From the NCBI RefSeq assembly GCF_009914755.1, contig NC_060943.1: a stretch of 64,000 bases of DNA, one strand, 5' to 3'. This DNA is from the human T2T-CHM13v2.0 reference genome, Homo sapiens. The notes under the pieces were generated by a model, which saw only the letters and a list, made by a program, of their open reading frames with translations, had not been told where the DNA came from and ran no database searches. Positions within the stretch are counted from its first letter, which is position 1. The number at the start of each line of letters is the position of its first letter. The position numbers were made by a program, and so were the translations under genes. Below, piece after piece: positions 51,501 through 61,700 of this stretch.

Positions 51501-54500
51501 AGAATTCTCAGTAACTTCCTTGTGTTGTGTGTATTCAACTCACAGAGTTGAACGATCCTTTACACAGAGCAGACTTGAAACACTCTTTTTGTGGAATTTG
51601 CAAGTGGAGATTTCAGCCGCTTTGAGGTCAATGGTAGAATAGGAAATATCTTCCTATAGAAACTAGACAGAATGATTCTCAGAAACTCCTTTGTGATGTG
51701 TGCGTTCAACTCACAGAGTTTAACCTTTCTTTTCATAGAGCAGTTGGGAAACACTCTGTTTGTAAAGTCTGCAAGTGGATATTCAGACATCCTTGAGGCT
51801 TTCGTTGGAAACGGGATTTCTTCATATTCTGCTAGAAAGAAGAATTCTCAGTAACTTCCTTGTGTTGTGTGTATTCAACTCACAGAGTTGAACGATCCTT
51901 TACACAGAGCAGACTTGAAACACTCTTCTTGCGGAATTTGCAAGTGGAGATTTCAGCCGCTTTGAGGTCAATGGTAGAATAGGAAATATCTTCCTATAGA
52001 AACTAGACAGAATGATTCTCAGAAACTCCTTTGTGATGTGTGCGTTCAACTCACACAGTTTAACCTTTCTTTTCATAGAGCAGTTGGGAAACACTCTGTT
52101 TGTAAAGTCTGCAAGTGGATATTCAGACCTCCTTGAGGCCTTCGTTGGAAACGGGATTTCTTCATATTATGCTAGACAGAAGAATTCTCAGTAACTTCCT
52201 TGTGTTGTGTGTATTCAACTCACAGAGTTGAACGATCCTTTACACAGAGCAGACTTGAAACACTCTTTTTGTGGAATTTGCAAGTGGAGATTTCAGCCGC
52301 TTTGAAGTCAATGGTAGAATAGGAAATATCTTCCTATAGAAACTAGACAGAATGATTCTCAGAAACTCCTTTGTGATGTGTGCGTTCAACTCACACAGTT
52401 TAACCTTTCTTTTCATAGAGCAGTTAGGAAACACTCTGTTTGTAAAGTCTGCAAGTGGATATTCAGACCTCCTTGAGGCCTTCGTTGGAAACGGGATTTC
52501 TTCATATTATGCTAGACAGAAGAATTCTCAGTAACTTCCTTGTGTTGTGTGTATTCAACTCACAGAGTTGAACGATCCTTTACACACAGCAGACTTGAAA
52601 CACTCTTTTTGTGGAATTTGCAAGTGGAGATTTCACCCGCTTTGAGTTCAATGGTAGAATAGGAAATATCTTCCTATAGAAACTAGACAGAATGATTCTC
52701 AGAAACTCCTTTGTGATGTGTGCGTTCAACTCACAGAGTTCAACCTTTCTTTTCATAGAGCAGTTGGGAAACACTCTGTTTGTAAAGTCTGCAAGTGGAT
52801 ATTCAGACTTCTTTGAGGCCTTCGTTGGAAGCGGGATTTCTTCATATTCTGCTAGACAGAAGAATTCTCAGTAACTGCCTTGTGTTGTGTGTATTCAACT
52901 CACAGAGTTGAACGATCCTTTACACAGAACAGACTTGAAACACTCTTTTTGTGGAATTTGCAAGTGGAGATTTCAGCCGCTTTGAGGTCAATGGTAGAAT
53001 AGGAAATATCTTCCTATAGAAACTAGACAGAATGATTCTCAGAAACTCCTTTGTGATGTGTGCGTTCAACTCACAGAGTTTACCCTTTCTTTTCATAGAG
53101 CAGTTAGGAAACACTCTGTTTGTAAAGTCTGCAAGTGGATATTCAGACATCCTTGAGGCTTTCGTTGGAAACGGGATTTCTTCATATTCTGCTAGAAAGA
53201 AGAATTCTCAGTAACTTCCTTGTGTTGTGTGTATTCAACTCACAGAGTTGAACGATCCTTTACACAGAGCAGACTTGAAACACTCTTTTTGTGGAATTTG
53301 CAAGTGGAGATTTCAGCCGCTTTGAGGTCAATGGTAGAATAGGAAATATCTTCCTATAGAAACTAGACAGAATGATTCTCAGAAACTCCTTTGTGATGTG
53401 CGCGTTCAACTCACAGAGTTTAACCTTTCTTTTCATAGAGCAGTTAGGAAACACTCTGTTTGTAAAGTCTGCAAGTGGATATTCAGACATCCTTGAGGCT
53501 TTCGTTGGAAACGGGATTTCTTCATATTCTGCTAGAAAGAAGAATTCTCAGTAACTTCCTTGTGTTGTGTGTATTCAACTCACAGAGTTGAATGATCCTT
53601 TACACAGAGCAGACTTGAAACACTCTTTTTGTGGAATTTGCAAGTGGAGATTTCAGCCGCTTTGAGTTCAATGGTAGAATAGGAAATATCTTCCTATAGA
53701 AAGTAGACAGAATGATTCTCAGAAACTCCTTTGTGATGTGTGCGTTCAACTCACAGAGTTTAACCTTTCTTTTCATAGAGCAGTTAGGAAACACTCTGTT
53801 TGTAAAGTCTGCAAGTGGATATTCAGACCTCCTTGAGGCCTTCGTTGGAAACGGGATTTCTTCATATTATGCTAGACAGAAGAATTCTCAGTAACTTCCT
53901 TGTGTTGTGTGTATTCAACTCACAGAGTTGAACGATCCTTTACACAGAGCAGACTTGAAACACTCTTTTTGTGGAATTTGCAAGTGGAGATTTCAGCCGC
54001 TTTGAGTTCAAGGGTAGAATAGGAAATATCTTCCTATAGAAACTAGACAGAATGATTCTCAGAAACTCCTTTGTGATGTGTGCGTTCAACTCACAGAGTT
54101 CAACCTTTCTTTTAATAGAGCAGTTGGGAAACACTCTGTTTGTAAAGTCTGCTAGTGGATATTCAGACTTCTTTGAGGCCTTCGTTGGAAGCGGGATTTC
54201 TTCATATTCTGCTAGACAGAAGAATTCTCAGTAACTTCCTTGTGTTGTGTGTATTCAACTCACAGAGTTGAACGATCCTTTACACAGAGCAGACTTGAAA
54301 CACTCTTTTTGTGGAATTTGCAAGTGGAGATTTCAGCCGCTTTGAGGTCAATGGTAGAATAGGAAATATCTTCCTATAGAAACTAGACAGAATGATTCTC
54401 AGAAACTCCTTTGTGATGTGTGCGTTCAACTCACAGAGTTTAACCTTTCTTTTCATAGAGCAGTTAGGAAACACTCTGTTTGTAAAGTCTGCAAGTGGAT

Positions 54501-57500
54501 ATTCAGACATCCTTGAGGCTTTCGTTGGAAACGGGATTTCTTCATATTCTGCTAGAAAGAAGAATTCTCAGTAACTTCCTTGTGTTGTGTGTATTCAACT
54601 CACAGAGTTGAACGATCCTTTACACAGAGCAGACTTGAAACACTCTTTTTGTGGAATTTGCAAGTGGAGATTTCAGCCGCTTTGAGGTCAATGGTAGAAT
54701 AGGAAATATCTTCCTATAGAAAATAGACAGAATGATTCTCAGAAACTCCTTTGTGATGTGTGCGTTCAACTCACAGAGTTTAACCTTTCTTTTCATAGAG
54801 CAGTTAGGAAACACTCTGTTTGTAAAGTCTGCAAGTGGATATTCAGACCTCCTTGAGGCCTTCGTTGGAAACGGGATTTCTTCATATTATGGTAGACAGA
54901 AGAATTCTCAGTAACTTCCTTGTGTTGTGTGTATTCAACTCACAGAGTTGAACGATCCTTTACACAGAGCAGACTTGAAACACTCTTTTTGTGGAATTTG
55001 CAAGTGGAGATTTCAGCCGCTTTGAGGTCAATGGTAGAATAGGAAATATCTTCCTATAGAAACTAGACAGAATGATTCTCAGAAACTCCTTTGTGATGTG
55101 TGCGTTCAACTCACAGAGTTCAACCTTTCTTTTCATAGAGCAGTTAGGAAACACTCTGTTTGTAAAGTCTGCAAGTGGATATTCAGACTTCTTTGAGGCC
55201 TTCGTTGGAAGCGGGATTTCTTCATATTCTGCTAGACAGAAGAATTCTCAGTAACTGCCTTGTGTTGTGTGTATTCAACTCACAGAGTTGAACGATCCTT
55301 TACACAGAGCAGACTTGAAACACTCTTTTTGTGGAATTTGCAAGTGGAGATTTCAGCCGCTTTGAGGTCAATGGTAGAATAGGAAATATCTTCCTATAGA
55401 AACTAGACAGAATGATTCTCAGAAACTCCTTTGTGATGTGTGCGTTCAACTCACAGAGTTTACCCTTTCTTTTCATAGAGCAGTTAGGAAACACTCTGTT
55501 TGTAAAGTCTGCAAGTGGATATTCAGACATCCTTGAGGCTTTCGTTGGAAACGGGATTTCTTCATATTCTGCCAGAAAGAAGAATTCTCAGTAACTTCCT
55601 TGTGTTGTGTGTATTCAACTCACAGAGTTGAACGATCCTTTACACAGAGCAGACTTGAAACACTCTTTTTGTGGAATTTGCAAGTGGAGATTTCAGCCGC
55701 TTTGAGGTCAATGGTAGAATAGGAAATATCTTCCTATAGAAACTAGACAGAATGATTCTCAGAAACTCCTTTGTGATGTGTGCGTTCAACTCACAGAGTT
55801 CAACCTTTCTTTTCATAGAGCAGTTGGGAAACACTCTGTTTGTAAAGTCTGCAAGTGGATATTCAGACTTCTTTGAGGCCTTCGTTGGAAGCGGGATTTC
55901 TTCATGTTCTGCTAGACAGAAGAATTCTCAGTAACTGCCTTGTGTTGTGTGTATTCAACTCACAGAGTTGAACGATCCTTTACACAGAGCAGACTTGAAA
56001 CACTCCTTTTGTGGAATTTGCAAGTGGAGATTTCAGCCGCTTTGAGGTCAATGGTAGAATAGGAAATATCTTCCTATAGAAACTAGACAGAATGATTCTC
56101 AGAAACTCCTCTGTGATGTGTGCGTTCAACTCACAGAGTTTAACCTTTCTTTTCATAGAGAAGTTAGGAAACACTCTGTTTGTAAAGTCTGCAAGTGGAT
56201 ATTCAGACATCCTTGAGGCTTTCGTTGGAAACGGGATTTCTTCATATTCTGCTAGAAAGAAGAATTCTCAGTAACTTCCTTGTGTTGTGTGTATTCAACT
56301 CACAGAGTTGAACGATCCTTTACACAGAGCAGACTTGAAACACTCTTTTTGTGGAATTTGCAAGTGGAGATTTCAGCCGCTTTGAGGTCAATGGTAGAAT
56401 AGGAAATATCTTCCTATAGAAACTAGACAGAATGATTCTCAGAAACTCCTTTGTGATGTGTGCGTTCAACTCACAGAGTTTAACCTTTCTTTTCATAGCG
56501 CAGTTGGGAAACACTCTGTTTGTAAAGTCTGCAAGTGGATATTCAGACATCCTTGAGGCTTTCGTTGGAAACGGGATTTCTTCATATTCTGCTAGAAAGA
56601 AGAATTCTCAGTAACTTCCTTGTGTTGTGTGTATTCAACTCACAGAGTTGAACGATCCTTTACACAGAGCAGACTTGAAACACTCTTTTTGTGGAATTTG
56701 CAAGTGGAGATTTCAGCCGCTTTGAGGTCAATGGTAGAATAGGAAATATCTTCCTATAGAAACTAGACAGAATGATTCTCAGAAACTCCTTTGTGATGTG
56801 TGCGTTCAACTCACAGAGTTTAACCTTTCTTTTCATAGAGCAGTTGGGAAACACTCTGTTTGTAAAGTCTGCAAGTGGATATTCAGACATCCTTGAGGCT
56901 TTCGTTGGAAACGGGATTTCTTCATATTCTGCTAGAAAGAAGAATTCTCAGTAACTTCCTTGTGTTGTGTGTATTCAACTCACAGAGTTGAACGATCCTT
57001 TACACAGAGCAGACTTGAAACACTCTTCTTGCGGAATTTGCAAGTGGAGATTTCAGCCGCTTTGAGGTCAATGGTAGAATAGGAAATATCTTCCTATAGA
57101 AACTAGACAGAATGATTCTCAGAAACTCCTTTGTGATGTGTGCGTTCAACTCACACAGTTTAACCTTTCTTTTCATAGAGCAGTTGGGAAACACTCTGTT
57201 TGTAAAGTCTGCAAGTGGATATTCAGACCTCCTTGAGGCCTTCGTTGGAAACGGGATTTCTTCATATTATGCTAGACAGAAGAATTCTCAGTAACTTCCT
57301 TGTGTTGTGTGTATTCAACTCACAGAGTTGAACGATCCTTTACACAGAGCAGACTTGAAACACTCTTTTCGTGGAATTTGCAAGTGGAGATTTCAGCCGC
57401 TTTGAAGTCAATGGTAGAATAGGAAATATCTTCCTATAGAAACTAGACAGAATGATTCTCAGAAACTCCTTTGTGATGTGTGCGTTCAACTCACACAGTT

Positions 57501-58770
57501 GAACCTTTCTTTTCATAGAGCAGTTAGGAAACACTCTGTTTGTAAAGTCTGCAAGTGGATATTCAGACCTCCTTGAGGCCTTCGTTGGAAACGGGATTTC
57601 TTCATATTATGCTAGACAGAAGAATTCTCAGTAACTTCCTTGTGTTGTGTGTATTCAACTCACAGAGTTGAACGATCCCTAACACACAGCAGACTTGAAA
57701 CACTCTTTTTGTGGAATTTGCAAGTGGAGATTTCACCCGCTTTGAGTTCAATGGTAGAATAGGAAATATCTTCCTATAGAAACTAGACAGAATGATTCTC
57801 AGAAACTCCTTTGTGATGTGTGCGTTCAACTCACAGAGTTCAACCTTTCTTTTCATAGAGCAGTTGGGAAACACTCTGTTTGTAAAGTCTGCAAGTGGAT
57901 ATTCAGACTTCTTTGAGGCCTTCGTTGGAAGCGGGATTTCTTCATATTCTGCTAGACAGAAGAATTCTCAGTAACTGCCTTGTGTTGTGTGTATTCAACT
58001 CACAGAGTTGAACGATCCTTTACACAGAGCAGACTTGAAACACTCTTTTTGTGGAATTTGCAAGTGGAGATTTCAGCCGCTTTGAGGTCAATGGTAGAAT
58101 AGGAAATATCTTCCTATAGAAACTAGACAGAATGATTCTCAGAAACTCCTTTGTGATGTGTGCGTTCAACTCACAGAGTTTACCCTTTCTTTTCATAGAG
58201 CAGTTAGGAAACACTCTGTTTGTAAAGTCTGCAAGTGGATATTCAGACATCCTTGAGGCTTTCGTTGGAAACGGGATTTCTTCATATTCTGCTAGAAAGA
58301 AGAATTCTCAGTAACTTCCTTGTGTTGTGTGTATTCAACTCACAGAGTTGAACGATCCTTTACACAGAGCAGACTTGAAACACTCTTTTTGTGGAATTTG
58401 CAAGTGGAGATTTCAGCCGCTTTGAGGTCAATGGTAGAATAGGAAATATCTTCCTATAGAAACTAGACAGAATGATTCTCAGAAACTCCTTTGTGATGTG
58501 CGCGTTCAACTCACAGAGTTTAACCTTTCTTTTCATAGAGCAGTTAGGAAACACTCTGTTTGTAAAGTCTGCAAGTGGATATTCAGACATCCTTGAGGCT
58601 TTCGTTGGAAACGGGATTTCTTCATATTCTGCTAGAAAGAAGAATTCTCAGTAACTTCCTTGTGTTGTGTGTATTCAACTCACAGAGTTGAATGATCCTT
58701 TACACAGAGCAGACTTGAAACACTCTTTTTGTGGAATTTGCAAGTGGAGATTTCAGCCGCTTTGAGTTCA
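48600..58770 (+). repeat. Tandem duplication, unit 5100 bp (15 dimers)
   Basis: At least 7 shared rare variants at exactly +5100: AGGGTAG 48911/54011, GCTAGTGG 49051/54151, GGTAGAC 49791/54891, GCCAGAA 50471/55571, AAGTTAGG 51061/56161, TTTCACCCG 52631/57731, AATGATCC 53591/58691. Confidence 0.88.
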
Positions 58771-61700
58771 ATGGTAGAATAGGAAATATCTTCCTATAGA
58801 AACTAGACAGAATGATTCTCAGAAACTCCTTTGTGATGTGTGCGTTCAACTCACAGAGTTCAACCTTTCTTTTCATAGAGCAGTTGGGAAACACTCTGTT
58901 TGTAAAGTCTGCAAGTGGATATTCAGACTTCTTTGAGGCCTTCGTTGGAAGCGGGATTTCTTCATGTTCTGCAAGACAGAAGAATTCTCAGTAACTTCCT
59001 TGTGTTGTGTGTATTCAACTCACAGAGTTGAACGATCCTTTACACAGAGCAGACTTGAAACACTCTTTTTGTGGAATTTGCAAGTGGAGATTTCAGCCGC
59101 TTTGAGGTCAATGGTAGAATAGGAAATATCTTCCTATAGAAACTAGACAGAATGATTCTCAGAAACTCCTTTGTGATGTGTGCGTTCAACTCACAGAGTT
59201 TAACCTTTCTTTTCATAGAGCAGTTAGGAAACACTCTGTTTGTAAAGTCTGCAAGTGGATATTCAGACGTCCTTGAGGCTTTCGTTGGAAACGGGATTTC
59301 TTCATATTCTGCTAGAAAGAAGAATTCTCAGTAACTTCCTTGTGTTGTGTGTATTCAACTCACAGAGTTGAACGATCCTTTTCACAGAGCAGACTTGAAA
59401 CACTCTTTTTGTGGAATTTGCAAGTGGAGATTTCAGCCGCTTTGAGGTCAATGGTAGAATAGGAAATATCTTCCTATAGAAACTAGACAGAATGATTCTC
59501 AGAAACTCCTTTGTGATGTGTGCGTTCAACTCACAGAGTTTAACCTTTCTTTTCATAGAGCAGTTGGGAATCACTCTGTTTGTAAAGTCTGCAAGTGGAT
59601 ATTCAGACCTCCTTGAGGCTTTCGTTGGAAACGGGATTTCTTCATATTCTGCTAGAAAGAAGAATTCTCAGTAACTTCCTTGTGTTGTGTGTATTCAACT
59701 CACAGAGTTGAACGATCCTTTACACAGAGCAGACTTGAAACACTCTTTTTGTGGAATTTGCAAGTGGAGATTTCAGCCGCTTTGAGTTCAATGGTAGAAT
59801 AGGAAATATCTTCCTATAGAAACTAGACAGAATGATTCTCAGAAACTCCTTTGTGATGTGTGCGTTCAACTCACAGAGTTCAACCTTTCTTTTCATAGAG
59901 CAGTTGGGAAACACTCTGTTTGTAAAGTCTGCAAGTGGATATTCAGACTTCTTTGAGGCCTTCGTTGGAAGCGGGATTTCTTCATATTCTGCTAGACAGA
60001 AGAATTCTCAGTAACTGCCTTGTGTTGTGTGTATTCAACTCACAGAGTTGAACGATCCTTTACACAGAGCAGACTTGAAACACTCTTTTTGTGGAATTTG
60101 CAAGTGGAGATTTCAGCCGCTTTGAGGTCAATGGTAGAATAGGAAATATCTTCCTATAGAAACTAGACAGAATGATTCTCAGAAACTCCTTTGTGATGTG
60201 TGCGTTCAACTCACAGAGTTTACCCTTTCTTTTCATAGAGCAGTTAGGAAACACTCTGTTTGTAAAGTCTGCAAGTGGATATTCAGACATCCTTGAGGCT
60301 TTCGTTGGAAACGGGATTTCTTCATATTCTGCTAGAAAGAAGAATTCTCAGTAACTTCCTTGTGTTGTGTGTATTCAACTCACAGAGTTGAACGATCCTT
60401 TACACAGAGCAGACTTGAAACACTCTTTTTGTGGAATTTGCAAGTGGAGATTTCAGCCGCTTTGAGGTCAATGGTAGAATAGGAAATATCTTCCTATAGA
60501 AACTAGACAGAATGATTCTCAGAAACTCCTTTGTGATGTGTGCGTTCAACTCACAGAGTTTAACCTTTCTTTTCATAGAGCAGTTAGGAAACACTCTGTT
60601 TGTAAAGTCTGCAAGTGGATATTCAGACATCCTTGAGGCTTTCGTTGGAAACGGGATTTCTTCATATTCTGCTAGAAAGAAGAATTCTCAGTAACTTCCT
60701 TGTGTTGTGTGTATTCAACTCACAGAGTTGAACGATCCTTTACACAGAGCAGACTTGAAACACTCTTTTTGTGGAATTTGCAAGTGGAGATTTCAGCCGC
60801 TTTGAGTTCAATGGTAGAATAGGAAATATCTTCCTATAGAAACTAGACAGAATGATTCTCAGAAACTCCTTTGTGATGTGTGCGTTCAGCTCACAGAGTT
60901 CAACCTTTCTTTTCATAGAGCAGTTGGGAAACACTCTGTTTGTAAAGTCTGCAAGGGGATATTCAGACTTCTTTGAGGCCTTCGTTGGAAGCGGGATTTC
61001 TTCATGTTCTGCTAGACAGAAGAATTCTCAGTAACTGCCTTGTGTTGTGTGTATTCAACTCACAGAGTTGAACGATCCTTTACACAGAGCAGACTTGAAA
61101 CACTCCTTTTGTGGAATTTGCAAGTGGAGATTTCAGCCGCTTTGAGGTCAATGGTAGAATAGGAAATATCTTCCTATAGAAACTAGACAGAATGATTCTC
61201 AGAAACTCCTTTGTGATGTGTGCGTTCAACTCACAGAGTTTAACCTTTCTTTTCATAGAGCAGTTAGGAAACACTCTGTTTGTAAAGTCTGCAAGTGGAT
61301 ATTCAGACATCTTTGAGGCTTTCGTTGGAAACGGGATTTCTTCATATTCTGCTAGAAAGAAGAATTCTCAGTAACTTCCTTGTGTTGTGTGTATTCAACT
61401 CACAGAGTTGAACGATCCTTTACACAGAGCAGACTTGAAACACTCTTTTTGTGGAATTTGCAAGTGGAGATTTCAGCCGCTTTGAGGTCAATGGTAGAAT
61501 AGGAAATATCTTCCTATAGAAACTAGACAGAATGATTCTCAGAAACTCCTTTGTGATGTGTGCGTTCAACTCACAGAGTTTAACCTTTCTTTTCATAGAG
61601 CAGTTAGGAAACACTCTGTTTGTAAAGTCTGCAAGTGGATATTCAGACGTCCTTGAGGCTTTCGTTGGAAACGGGATTTCTTCATATTCTGCTAGAAAGA

